Below, in pieces: positions 1 through 13,200 of a DNA stretch of 64,000 bases; positions within the stretch are counted from its first letter, which is position 1; each line of letters opens with the position of its first letter. The notes under the pieces are model-generated. The model was not told the DNA's origin and did no database searches. It saw only the letters and a program-made list of their open reading frames with translations. Both the position numbers and the translations under genes were made by a program. Source of the DNA: Vitrella brassicaformis CCMP3155 (Eukaryota; Protista; Chromerida); NCBI GenBank assembly GCA_001179505.1, contig CDMY01000613.1, positions 248,001 through 312,000 on the forward strand. Direction: 5' to 3'.

Positions 1-107
1 CACAGGCACAGCCACAGCCGCTCACTCACCGCCAACCGGGGATGAGTCTGCGATCTCCTCTCCCCCTTCCCTCTCCCCCTCCCCCTCCCGCTCTCTCCCT
101 CCGTCAG

Positions 108-1443
108 CATCTGCCCCGGTGGGTTATTCGGATGCGTATCTGCGGTGGAATGCCGAGCACGAGGAGGCTTTGGCCAGAGGCGTGGAGCCCGTGCAGAAAA
201 CTGTGGGCGTTCTCCTGATATATCCGGAGCCTGAGACCCCCATGACGGTCAGATATGCAGCAGACAGACGGACAGACAGACGGATGGACAGAAACGGGAG
301 GGCAGGAGGACAGGAGGACAAGGTGCCCGGCTGTCTGTCTGTCTGTCTGTCTGTATGTGTGTGTGTGTGTGGTCGGCAGGTGGGTGTCTTTTCTAACGTG
401 ACCTACACCGAGCCGCAGGCGCGTGCGATGCTGTACGAGGCCGTCAATAGCTGCGGCGGCCTGTTTGCGCTGCAGTTCGTCAACAAGGAGGCCAACGAGA
501 TCAAAGCCGTCGGGTTGCTCGCACAGGTACGTGACGTGGTGGAGGGACGCGGAAGCCATCCAATCCATCTGTGTGGGTGGGTTGGATGGGTGTGTATCTG
601 GTATCATCCCGCCCGCTCAGATATGTGATCTGCGTACATCGGAGTTTGGCGTGCACGTGGCGTTTTGCACCGTGGACCGGACTGACCTGCGGCAGGTCGA
701 GCCAACGGCCACTGACAGTGGGGAGCCGTACACGCAGGGGCGGGTGACGCTCTGGCAGGACACACCCAACTCGTACAGGACCAGGGGCATGTGCGCAACC
801 ATGGCCGAACAAATCTACAACATGTACGCAGCCAGCCAGGCAGGCAGGCAGACAGACACCCAGCAACCATTGCGCGGTCCCCCTCTCTTTATTTCGTTCC
901 TTCGTTCTTTCTTTCAGGGATGTGCAGGCGAGTCGGCTTGAGGCCGAGCTGTGGCGCTACAACGGCAACCTGCATGAGGCCGCAAAGGCCGACGCCAGAC
1001 CTTCACTTGAACAACGGGTCGAGGAAATGATCAACTCGTACGTACCCAACACACACACATACACACTCCCTCTCTCTTTGTATCTCATTCCCTCTATGGA
1101 TCCTTCTTTCATCGGTTACTGCAGTTTGTACGAGAACCCGAGCACATGTGAGATTTGGACGTGTGTGTGCTGGGCGGCGCTGCTGTATCACTTCGACACG
1201 CCCGTGCGGTACGAGGCGCTGCAGACGCAGGACAGCGAGCAGCGGTTGGCCTTCATCTGGAAGGCCTACCAGGACCTCATCGACAAGCTCACCAAGGAGA
1301 GACAGCACTTCAGGCGCCAACAGGAGGCGTACGGGTCGAGTGAGGAGGGAAATGCATTGGGGGGGCTTGGGGGGAGGGCGTCAGCTTACTACGTTGGTCT
1401 GGCTGATGGCGATGTCGTTCGAGACGTCAAGGCCAGCTACTGA
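108..1443 (+). CDS. LON peptidase N-terminal (substrate-binding, PUA-like) domain protein; multi-exon, 5' end probably upstream of window
   Basis: Spliced exons read TVGVLLIYPEPETPMT|VGVFSNVTYTEPQARAMLYEAVNSCGGLFALQF...AVGLLAQ|ICDLRTSEFG...EPYTQGRVTLWQD...RYEALQTQDSEQRL. This follows the LON_substr_bdg pattern (FEPRYRAM...VGTLARI...PYL.AEV...QELLE..D..ERL). GT-AG introns; stop TGA at 1441-1443. No AAA or protease domain seen. Confidence 0.75.
255..372. repeat. Intronic microsatellites (AGAC)n, (GTCT)n and (GT)n; representative of dozens across the window
   Basis: Directly visible. Similar (AC)n/(GT)n, (AGAC)n/(GTCT)n, (GGAT)n and (AG)n tracts occupy most introns. Confidence 0.9.
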
Positions 1444-1804
1444 TGGATGGATGGTTGAACCACACATACGTGTAAGGACCCACCACCCACCATCATCTCG
1501 TGGCCAGCCAGGATCATGGCCGTCTCTCGCGGGAATCAACACAGGAAGTTGTCTGCATGCAGTGATGCAGTGATTCACTGAATGAATTGAATCACAATGA
1601 TCCATCATTGACATGTACAAAGCCGCCATCAACATGGACCTGTTAACCTTCTTTGCTGGTCATGAAGCCGAGGCCATGTTTCAATTCCTGTCATCTCTCA
1701 CGACACGCATATGGTCAGCTACATACCGACTGCCGTGACCAGAGAATGCGCAATCAAAGGGACAAGGGAGGTCGATTCCACTGACTTTAACACTCATGTC
1801 TCGC

Positions 1805-4800
1805 TCAGCTCGGCCTGGCCTCTTGGCTGCAGAAGATGCTGTCAGCCAGCGACAAATGTCTTCGCGCCCCTGCCTGGACACGGTCCATCTCCTGCCCCTC
1901 GCCTGGACACGGTCCATCTATACCGCCCTCTTCATCGCCATCCTCATCACAGACCGTCTCTGCCGGGCCGCTCGACCTCCCAAACTCACCGGTCGCCAGA
2001 CGCCCGGCGGTGTGGGCGAACGTCTCGCTGTCGCCATGATGCGGGCCACCTACCAGGGCCGAGCGGAATGGGATGGGTGTCGGAGGGATGATGGCCGCGG
2101 CCTCTTCACTGAAGGTGATTAAGCGGTCGTCCCGCCGGCCAGCAGCACTGGGGTCACCGTGGCCGTCAACTGTACTCACGCCGACTGTTGGCGTGCTCTC
2201 CTCGCTGTATTGTTGGACAAGGTGAGCTTCTCCCAAAGATTCGCCGTGTCGCCCACTTGCGCCGTCCGCGCCAGCACAAACGAGAGGAAGCCCTTCCGAG
2301 AACGGCAGCTTCAACTCTTCCCCATCGACGCCGCCTTGTTGCGCAGCATCGCATGTCTCCTCATCGCCCTGCCACCCATGGTCCATAAGGGCCGAATCGT
2401 CGTCCGGTCGATCTGGTTCGATAGCATCTGGAAGAAGAGACATGCCAGGCAACTGGGCTTCTTCTTGCAGGTCGGGTTCGTCGACAGCAGCACTAATTCG
2501 CTCTGATGGCAGATCGCCTTCAGCACCCAACGCATCCCCAACGCATCCTCAACGCACTCTGCTCTTCCTGTTTCGCCTCCGGTAAGGCTTCATCTCTGCC
2601 AGGCGCCGGTGTCTCGTCCTCAGGAAGGACATATGCATTAGATGGTCTTCTAGCCTCACCATGGAGTCCTTGGAACCACTCACTAGCGTCAACACCGTCT
2701 TGCTCAGTTTCCCACACCACACGTCTGTCGCCTTTGTCAGCCTCTACGACGTCGTCTTCTGCAGGGTTCTGGTCGTCTGGAAGTGAGGCTTTGGCTTCCT
2801 TCTCGTCTGAGACTGATGCCAGCTCAGCTGCTGCCTCTCCATCTGAGGCAGTATCCCCGGCCTCAGCCGGTAGATGAGCGGGCGAGAAGACCTCTTCTGT
2901 CAGCGATGCCGTGGCGCCATGGTCGACCTCATGTCCGTCAGCGAAGGCTGAAGACATGCTGTATTTCTCCGTGTCTCTGTCGCGGCCATCGTGTGCAGTG
3001 ATGTCTTTGTCTTCATGACTAAGGGGCAGGTCGATGGGCTCAGACGGCGGCACATCGTCTTGGTTGCTCGGAGACATCTCGTCTTCTCTCTGGTCTTCGG
3101 CTGCCAAGTCAGCAACCGCCCCTGTTTCAGCAGAGACGGGCTCTTCCCACCCTGGTGAATCGTCGCCACCTTCAAGCAGCAAGCTCTCTTCATCCACGTG
3201 TATCGGCGCTTGGCGGTCGTCAGATCCCTGCTCCTCCTGAGCTAGACCAACAGACACCCGGGCAACTGGCGTCTCAACCAGCAGCTCGCTGAAATGGTCG
3301 TCGGGCAGCGTATTCTTCTCATTAAGTGACGTCTTTTCCTGGTCGACATTGACGTCTTCTCCAGGCTCGCTGAGAGTGGCCTGCGCGACGGCTTGACCCT
3401 GTTCTTCATCCACCGCGGGCTCGGCATCTTTCTCCTCCAAGTTTTCATCAACCTCATCAGGCATCAGGTGGGCTGTGTCATCGTGTATAACGACGTCAAT
3501 GTCTGCACCGCCCTCAGGCTGGCCACCGGGTACTGAGGATTCTCCACCATCTTGCAAACGGTGGTCTGAGTGCACAGGGCTTTGCCTCTCTCCAGGCGTG
3601 GCATTGTCTCGGGCCTCGTCAAGGATGACGTGAGATGACGCCTCAGACTCTGGCAGAGACGGCTGCCGCTCCTCTTCGGGTAGAGCGTCTGGCGCAAAAG
3701 GAGCCCTATCCTCTTCATGGTGCTCCTCCGTCTCCTCTCCCCCTTCGCCAGGGATTTCCTCGGTCCCGGTGACACTCCCTCTCTCTTTCGCCACCTCTGT
3801 CTGCGACTGCGCCAGGGCCAGCCCATACTGGAGGACAGCGGCGTTGGACGGCGTGGTGTCCTCATCCAAATATTGAAAAGACACCAAAGCAGTTGAGGGT
3901 CTCTCCACGTCTCCTAGTTTCTCAGTTGTCTGTGGCTGCTGTGCCGCAGGTGCCGTGGGCAGGGCCGCCCTGTCTCTGTGCTCTCGGAAGCGGCGCTGGA
4001 TGATGCGAGCAGACGAATGGATGCGCATCAACAAAGCAATCTTGTGCAGCCTGAAGCCAGCCGGCCGATCAGCAACCGGAGCGGAAGGATTGAGCACTTC
4101 GAGCACCCTTACCTGACACGTAGCCGCACGGCTGTTCCCCGCCACGCTCTCTGTATGACGAGAGCAGCTCGAATTTGAACCTCCACAGGCACCCACTGAT
4201 CCCTCTGCAGGCAGCCAGACAGAATGTCATCAAGTACCCATCAGCACAGCACAGCACAGCAAACGAACAAGGGCCCGCCTGCCTGCCTGCCTACCTTTGC
4301 ATAGAGGAGGGCGGGGGGCATGCTTTTCCCTGCCGGCCTGGCCCATGCCCTAGAAGGACGAAGAGACTCTTGAACGTCCTCCCAAAAACACCGTCTCCTC
4401 CTCACCACCAGGCCTCCCATCGCTCCAACAGTCGACACAGTCGGGCTCAGCTTCCCCGGCAGAGGGCCTGGGGCATGGCTTGGCTGCTCATCTGGTCGCG
4501 CCGGTTTCGTCTGACCTGGAGGGTGCGGTGTGCGTCTTGAGTGGGAGGAGGAGACCTGCCGCCGGCGATGGCGGCCTGCGCCAGCGACGCCACCCGCAAA
4601 AGGTGTGTCGGCTGTATTCGGCCGGAGCGCACCCGCGGGTCGGCCTCTCCTCTGTGGCGGCCATGATGGCCTGTCTTGATCTTGATGACGTGGAGAGGAC
4701 AAGAAAGGCGAGGGAAAGGGCGTCGAGGAACAGGGTGGCACAGTCGACCCTGGGGTGGTCGACGCATTGGCAGTTCGTCTCTTTGACGATGAGCCGACGA

Positions 4801-7135
4801 AGGGCGTGGTGTGGGCGGACGGGGAGGGGGTCGACAGCGGGATGGAGCTAGGCGTCAGGGGCGGCTCCAGGGCGGGCAGAGTGGGGGGAGAAGCGCGTTT
4901 GGTGTGCGATGAAGGGGTGCGCAACCCGACACTCAGGGCGATGGATGATGATCTTTGTTGTCGTCGTGACGGCAGCGTGTCTCTGTCGTGGGCGAGAGAT
5001 GACTGTTCCGCTGCACTTTCCCTGCGACACTCCACTTGTCCCTTGACGAGCCTCGACCTCACCACACACCGCCGGCGACAGTGCTTTGCCGCCCCTTCTC
5101 TCTCGTCGGCCGCCTCTCCGTGCCTCTCGGAGCCGCCCATGAGTGAAAGTCGGCCATCGGCAGATTGCAATAGGGGAGACGAAGGCACAGCCCCGTAGGG
5201 GTACACTACGGTGATTGGGTCATCATCCCCTGGTTGGGGTGAGACGGATGGGGAGGGGGAGGGGGAGACACGTGGCCTTTCGCGGGTGGGTGGTCTGCTC
5301 GTGGCCGGGGGTGACAGCCGCAGCGGAGGCAGCATTCCGTCTTCCTGCCCCTCCTGCTGCTGCCCCTGCTGCTGCTGCTGCTCGTCAGCCGTATTCAGCA
5401 GTGAGTTGAGCGACTTGTCTGTCGGTCTCTTCTGACTTGAGCCTTCCATGCCGAACAACTGCGCGCTTGTGAAGGCACAGGAGTCCTCAATCCGCCTGGT
5501 GAGGGGATGCTCGCTGCCGAGGCTGCTGGCCGCCAGCTTGCAGGCCTTGCTGAGATAGCTCGTCGGAGCAGATGGGTCAAGCATGGCCGAGTGTCGCAGC
5601 TCCGATATCTGCCATTCGTTGGGATGGACTTGCGAAAGGGCCTCCACTGCATAGTTGTGGTATGCGACGCAAAGGTAGGCTGTGAGCCGGCGGTGTGAGG
5701 TGTCTTGGCCATGTGACAGGTAGCCCTCGAGCAGAGACATGACGTTGGCATTGCTCGATACGGCCTCGCTGGTCCTACACACACACACACACTCACATAC
5801 ACATGGATGGAGGGTGGATGGATGGAGGGGGAGGGGGCCTGCCGAACATACCTGCCATTCTCTCCGTAGAGAAACGCTGCGTTTAGAATGACGTGTGCTC
5901 GCATTTCGATCAGCCGCAATAGATGCACGTCATCTCTTTCATCGCTGCTGCCGTTCGGTACTGCATTGAAGGTCGTCGGTAGGACCTCCGATGGCCATTG
6001 CGAGAGGCAATGGAAAGCCCGAAACGTGGCCTGGAGCGCGGCCTCGTATTTGTTGCGGCTCTTGAACAAGAGAGACATGCTAGACGGACACACACACTCA
6101 CAGGGACAGAGTGAGAAATACCTGGTGCATTTGCTCTACCGATCACTTCCCACTTGGTATAGGTCTCTGCTCGCCTGAGAGGGTTGTACACGCCACATCC
6201 CTCGACGGCCATAGGCTCCCTCACAGTGCCCCCCCTCGGCTCACGCAGCGTTTCTGCGAACGCCTTGGCACTGTGCCGTCTCTTTCTCGCCGCGTCAGAG
6301 TGCCTTACGCCCCTCTCCTGCACCGCGACAAATCGCCGCGCTGCTCTCGTCCGGGTGGTGTTCGATGAGGGCTTTGTCAGCTCAAGGGCTGCCTGCAAGA
6401 GGTAGTTGGCGGCGTCGTGGCTGACGCCGGGAGAGGAGTGGATGATTTGGAGGGCAAGGTGGTTGAAGAGCCACACAACCATGTCCACTGTGGCAAGGAA
6501 CTGCACATGCAGGCACACATAGACAGACATGCACACAGGGAGGACCGTTTGTGCAATGCCATATGCCTGTGGCGGTGGTGGCCGGCCAGGCCAGTTGCCC
6601 ACCTCCTGATGCTCAGGTCCCAAGAGGTTCATCCACAGCATCACCACCTCCTGGTAAACCTGGACACACTGAATGGTCAGCCCTAGCAATGCCGTCCCGT
6701 TCCTGTCGCCGCCGCGCGGGGAGCTTCCGCACATGCTGCCGAACCGCATTCGAAGGGCGCTGCTTACACAACAATATCAGACTGACCAATGAGGCAGACA
6801 CCCGTGTATGTAGTGCCACCTTCCATCGTTGGTGAGCTCCTTCAGGCGCCTCAGCGTGTGCGTGAATCGTTCTGCCTCGCTCCGGGAGAGGAATTCCGCC
6901 GGGCTCTGCAGAGACAAAGGCTGAGACAGCCAGACCACACAACTCTCACGCACTCATCCCTCAGCGTGTGTGTGTCTGTGGCGTGCAGCCCCGAGCAGCC
7001 CCGCATTTCAACGCCTTCCATCTGTCTGCCTGCCGGTCAGTGATTTTTTATGCGTACCGCATCTTGTGTGCAACTGCCGAGCCACAGCCTAAGAGGCCTT
7101 CGCTCTGGAAACACGTGCGAGAACCGCAGATCCAT
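1805..7135 (-). CDS. Large protein with TPR-like helical repeats, an IQ motif and a long acidic low-complexity C-terminus; multi-exon
   Basis: Helical TPR-like exons (VQVYQEVVMLWMNLLGPEHQE, ANYLLQAALELTK, LCVAYHNYAVEALSQ...ASSLGSEHPLTRRI) and IQ-like SARIIQRRFREHRDR near 3950-3990. ORFs 2520-4196 and 1805-2530 join through a predicted 40-nt intron at 2518-2557. The start ATG at 7135 (MDLRFSHVFP) is tentative. Confidence 0.6.
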
Positions 7136-7218
7136 CGGAAAGCTAATCGGAACGCGGCGAGATGGGGTGGGGGCGTTGGGGGCATTTTGCGAGCTCGAGA
7201 GTTTTCCTGAGTTCTGCG
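7136..7218. promoter_or_regulatory. Putative compact bidirectional promoter between the IQ/TPR gene and the EF-hand/WD40 gene
   Basis: Divergent predicted ATGs at 7135 (-) and 7219 (+), 83 bp apart. The minus-strand start is tentative. Confidence 0.45.
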
Positions 7219-10200
7219 ATGTCGTGTGAGAGCCCGAAGGCCAACATGGATGAGCAGGGCGGGGTGGGGATGCCGGGTAGCGACGCGAGCCCCAGTCAGC
7301 TGCTGCAGCTCGACATGGAAGAGCTCCAGAGGCTGCAGGAGCAGTTCCACACACCCAACCACGTGCTCGTCACCCTCAACATGGAGGAGTGGCTCGCCGC
7401 CTTCTCGTTCAAACTCGCCACCCTTTCCCCAGCCAGGCAGCAGACGTACAAGCACGACCTGACCTTGCTCTTCCAGGCAAACAAAGCAAAACAAACAGAC
7501 AAACAGACAAACAGAGAGCAGAGCAGTCTGTATGACATTGTGTCTGCAGAAGATAGACGAGAGTTGCAAAGACGAGATCACTTGGGACGCGTTTACCGGC
7601 TTCATGCTGAGACACCTGCCTGTCGGCGGGTCGGAGATGGGCGCCGACGTCGACGGCGGCGACTTTGCGACGGTGGTCAAGACGGAAGGCCCGGCGGGTG
7701 GCGTGGCCAGCCCTGAGAGGGAGCAACACTCGGACTTCATCAACAAGATACTCGTCATCAGTGACAAAGACGCCAGCACCCAGGCGACGTCAAGCGAAGC
7801 TGCCTCGAGCGGCGGCCGCCCTCCCGTCGCTGCTGGCAACCGCTTCGCCGCCCGATACGTCACTGCAGGTATGTATCACATCACACACAGAGAGCCACCT
7901 AAACACAGATGCGTGTGTGTGTCCATGGGTCCATCCGTCCGTCCATCCGTCTGTCCATCCGTCCGTCCATCCGTCCATCCATCCATCCGTTCATTTCATC
8001 AGGTCGTGACGGCACTCTGCGGGTGTGGTCTCCTACGTTTCAGCTGCTGCGCCGCACGAGCCTCGGTTCCCACCGGCGGTGGTTCACGGACATCTGCTGG
8101 CTCAGACGCAGCCAGCGGCTGTGCGCCGCGGCCGCAGACTTCACCCTCTTCTTCCTCGACGGCAATGTGGAGCGGTGCATCGGCAAAATCGAGACGGGCG
8201 TGGCCACACCCACTTGCCTCGCATACACCGACAGCGGCCTTGCCTGCGCCTCACACCAAGAAATACTCATGGTAAAAGAGTCACAATGACAAGCACACCA
8301 CCTATATGTGACTCACCATGGGGTGTATGTGTCTCTGTGTTTCGGCTTCTCTGTTGTGATGCTGCAACGAAGGTAGGTAGGCGACGGTCACGGTGTGGTG
8401 ACACTCTACACCCTTGACACCCTCGCGGCCGCCGACCAGTCATCGACGGGCCACACTCTGCCCGAACTGCGCTCATTCAACTCCTCCGCATCGCTCCACG
8501 GGTCGGGCTCTCGCGCAACCAGCCCTAGCAGAGACATGGCCGACCACGCCAAGGACCTGCCACCCGTTCCCCTGCCGCAGAAGAGCGGCAGCAGAGACAG
8601 CTATGACGCCGCATCAGCAGCCGCAGGGGCGAGTGGGCAGCCGAGGGATGTTGAGCATGACAGTAGACGGATGAAAGGAGGGGCGTCTGGCGCTGTGCTC
8701 AACACGGGCGCGTTGGGAGCAGGGCGGAGCTACAGCGACCAGCGGGCGGCGGGACTTGTGACGGTCGAGCAGATCCTCCACACACCCAGGCCAATCCGAC
8801 CACTGCCGCACATCTGCAAGTGAGACTTACATGCAAACAATGGAAGATAGGATACTGTCGCTGCCTGCTCATCCATCCATCCCATGCCATGTGTCACATC
8901 ACAGGACGCGCTATCACGACAATTGGGTGACAAAGGTGGGGTTCGTGCCCGACCTGCAGTCGATGGTCACATCCGGGCTCGACGGCATCATCAACATAGG
9001 CGACATACAAGTAAGGTGGGCGCAATTGACTGACCGCTTCATGGCCATCCATGGTATGATGTGCCTCTTAGACGAACAAACGGAAGCGCGACCCCATCCG
9101 CCTGCATCGCCGCGGCGTTTATTGCTGGCAGTGGTGGGCACAGACATGGAGCGGCCGGACAGCACACATGCATATGCATGTCGGTGCATTGATTGATGTG
9201 TGGGTGTGGTGTATGGCTGGCCATAGGTGTTCGACGTTTCAGTTGTTTGCGTCCGGGGGTCAGGACCGCGAGATCCTCATATGGAACCCATACACCGTCA
9301 AGCCGCTCAACTTCCTCCACGGACACTCCGCACCCATCAAGCACCTACTGCTCAACGAGGCACGCCGCCCCACCCCTGTGTCAAACCCGCCCCATCTCAT
9401 CCGTCTCTCTCTGCCTCTGTCGCTGCTTATGGATGCAGCCGTGTTTCCAGCTGATATCTGCCTCGTCCGACAAGGTCGTGAAGGTGTGGGACATCCGCAA
9501 CTTCCGCTGCATGCAGACCCTCACCATGAAGGACAGCGACGACACCCATCCCATGGTGGACGGCGGGCTCGACGCCACCGGCGACGAGGGCTTCACCTCC
9601 ATTGCACTCCACTGCGGATACGAGCGAGAGGGACAGGACACAGCCGGTGGGGCTGCTGGCAGTGCTGGCAGCGAGACACGGCTGCTCCTAACCGACAGGA
9701 AAGTGCACTGCTGGCCTCTCTCTGTGCCGACGGAACACTTCAAGAGTCACAGACGTCCGGTGGTCAAGGCGCTATACAATGCAAATTTCCAACAGGTATA
9801 CGTACAACGAATAGGACCGGGCATGGCATAATATCACTGTGGGGCTGGCTATCTGGTGTGCTGCCTTCAGGCGGTGAGTGGCGACATCAGCGGGACAGTG
9901 CGTGTGTGGGACCTCAAGACGGGAGCACTCCTTCTGCAGTTCCATCAAGCACACGGCAAAGACAAGGCACGCACGCACCACAACCACAAGCACGTACACG
10001 TGTCTCATGTGCAAAAGATGATGTATGCGTGTATGCAGCTGACGAGCATGTGCTTCGACAGCACCGAGCGTCGGCTGCTCACGGCCTCCGACAACGGCAC
10101 CGTCATCTTGTGGAACTTCTCATCGGGCCAAGCCATTCGCACCTTCGCTCTCCACGAGCAACACCCCACCGAGCTGACCGAGCTGCGCGTCTTCTGCGAG

Positions 10201-13200
10201 ACACCACAGCAGCGAGATGAAGACGCCCAGCCGACCCACACGCACCAGCAGCAGCAGCAGCCCGTGGCCCGCAAAAATAGTGGCGAGAGCAGCAGCAGCA
10301 GCAGGGAGCCACGGCAGCCAGCCCCATCCCCCGCTCCACCCGCCTTGATGCGGCGGCGTCGGTCATCTCGCGGCAAGGAGATGAGCGAGCTGGTGGTGGG
10401 GGTCGGCGTGGACAAGCGGATATATGTGTGGCCGCACAGCAAGCGGGAGAAGATCACGGTGCAGATGGTGCTTGACGATCCCACCAACGACGCTGAGGGC
10501 GACATGACGTCATTCTGCTGCTGCCCCGCCTATCAGAGCCTCGTCAGCGCCGACTCGGACGGATTCATCTACATATGGAAGATACAGGTACGTGTGCCTT
10601 ACTTACAAGTAAGGCAGATCGATCTGCCATTCACACGCGAGGCGGCTCTCTTTGTTCGTTCTCGGTGTCTGTCTTCAGGAGTATCACGAGCAAACTCGGC
10701 CGCTCAAATTCCGTCTGCGGGACACTGTCATGCGCGGCATGTCGTCCAGCATGCCAATTCCCCCCTCCCCTCGCACAGTCGGGTTCTCCTCCACAAGTAC
10801 CCCCTTCAACCCCCGCACCTCCTCCATCGCCGAGACCAACCCCCGCACCTCACTCGCGGCCGACACCAACGCGCGCAGCTCACTCATGTCTTATACCGAC
10901 ACGCGCGCATCGCGCGTCAGCAGAAAAAGTGAACAGCCCCAGGTCGCTACCTACTTGCCGCAGATCGGGGGCAAGGGCCCACCCACTGGCTCGCTGCCTG
11001 GGTACAAGCGACTGAGTGTGGTGTCCCACCTGCCGACGCTGCCTCCCAGCCACAGCGGGACAGTGTCGCCGTCGATGCTCAGCCCTCGGGCGGCGGGGAG
11101 CGGCATACAGAGAGAGCAGCGGCTGAGTGTCTTTTCCACTGCTGGGCTGGGTGAGGGGGAGGACCGCACAGAGGGGTTCCTCGAAGGGCTCAAGCAGCTG
11201 CACGCGCCAGCCGGGGGCTACGCCCACCGAGTGGACCAGGTCATCTTTCTGGAGACCAAGCAGGTCCTGGCTTCCATCCATGCCGACGGCTACCTCCGGT
11301 TATGGAGCGTGGCCAAGGGTGAGCTGCTGAGCCGGACCAAGATGCCCTTCAGCCCATCAGGTGAGGACAGGCAACAAGAGATGGGGGCAGGTGCTGTCGA
11401 CGAACGCACCACCACACGCAAGACCACCATCCTCAGCCCTGTCTCTTCGGGCGGCGAAGTGGGGCGAAAGTGAGTACTTGAGAGAAAAGGAAACCCTCAG
11501 CCACTCACTCTAGGCCCGCATGCATTCCTGTGTGTGTGTGTCAATGTCGATCTGGCCTGGCAGGCACGGGAGCATGCCAGTGAACCAGCACACCCTCCCC
11601 TCCGCCCCCACCGACACAGCCCGCCCGTCCGCCGCCTCTCTGCTCAAGCGGCACACGGGCAGGCGAGTCAGCAAAAAGAAGGCCCCCAGGATCGAGATAT
11701 CCTCCCCGCGATACCACAACATCGCCCCAGACAGCCAGCGCACTGACCAGCCCGCCTCGCCCGACGGCCAAATCGCCACCGGCGGTCAGCAGCAGATGAG
11801 TGTGGCCGCTTCTGCCGATCGCGTGCGGCTGACGTGCGTCGACACCAACCGCGGCAACACGGTGCTGTTGGGTGGATCGGCGAGGGGCGAGGTGTGCATC
11901 TGGGACATATCTCGGCTGGAAGGGCTAGGCAGCGTCGTCACGCCCTCTCAGGCCGCCGCTGCAGCGACAATGTCGTTTATCACACCCCGCAACATGCTGC
12001 TCAAGGCCGCGGCTCATGGGGTCGTCATGATGAAGAGGGGAGGGGGGGAAGACGCAACCGCCGCACCTCAGCCGCCGGCTGGAGCCTCGCAACATGACAA
12101 GGAGAGGGAAGCCGAGACGGGCTCCGCGCGGGCGTCGACGGCTGGCGGGGGGCCGCGGAAGAGGGGCCACAGCAAGCTGGGGGCACTGATGATGCAGGCC
12201 GCCTCGATGGCCAGGGCGGACGCCATGGGCAGGGCTGAACCCATCACGCTCACAGCCAGAACGACGCTGCACGACGATGCGGTCAGGAGCGTTTGCCTCA
12301 TAGAAGGGGGGGTGTCGCCACAGCCAATGACGGTAACTGGTCTCATTCCAAGGAGCCCACACACAGCCCATCCCTCTCTCTTTGCCTGTCTGGGTGTCTG
12401 TCTGCCTGGTCGTGTGTGTGCAGCTTTCGTGTTCGGCGACGGCCATAGTGCTGTCGACGATCGACGGCACGCGAGTGGGCATCTTCTCGGAGCAGGCCTC
12501 CTCCAGATGGGCCCTGTGGCAGCCCGACACCTACCTCGACACGCGGCTGGAGCAGCAGAGGAGGGAGCAGGAACTCGCAGCCAAGAGGGGGCGCAAGCGG
12601 ACGGGCGATGATGAGCAGGCCCCGCTGGGGGAACAGGAGACGGCAACCAAGGAGCACGAAAGGCCGCCCTTGCCACAAATGCCGGTGCGCTAACCCACCC
12701 CCCACTCACCCACCCCCACAGCCGACCATTCAGGCATGCGTCTGTCTCTTTGTGTGCGTGGTGGGTGGTCTGATTGACGTGTCACATCAATCAGCGGCGG
12801 AGTGCAGCCGCTCGAGGGGGTGATGGGGAGGGCGGCGACGATGCCGAGGATGGGGGTGCACCTCGCGAGCCGGGCATGCAGGTGAGATTCACCCCGCCAT
12901 GGAAGAAGGAGCGCACCTCACAGTCCAAGCAGAAATCGCCCAGGAAACAGAGAACAGGTGTGTTCTTGACATGGCGGCAGACACACATGCAGACAGACAG
13001 ACAGACACAAATGTGCCTCCGTCCGTGTCTTGGTCTGTGCCGTCACCCCACGCATAAATCAATGCACTAATGCAGTCCAGAAGCGCGAGTGGCGCTATGT
13101 GCCACTGACGACGGGCGGCGTCCAGACAGGCAGACTCTCCGTCGACAGGGTAACTAACGTACAGACACAAACACGAGACACACACATGCCGCCCCCCCTC

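Noticed and set aside
108-1443. Calling gene 1 an ATP-dependent Lon protease
   Set aside because: No Walker A/B motifs or Ser-Lys protease domain before the stop codon.
9168-10220. 350-aa plus-strand ORF in the WD40 gene
   Set aside because: It contains one real exon and then runs off-frame through introns; it is not an independent gene.
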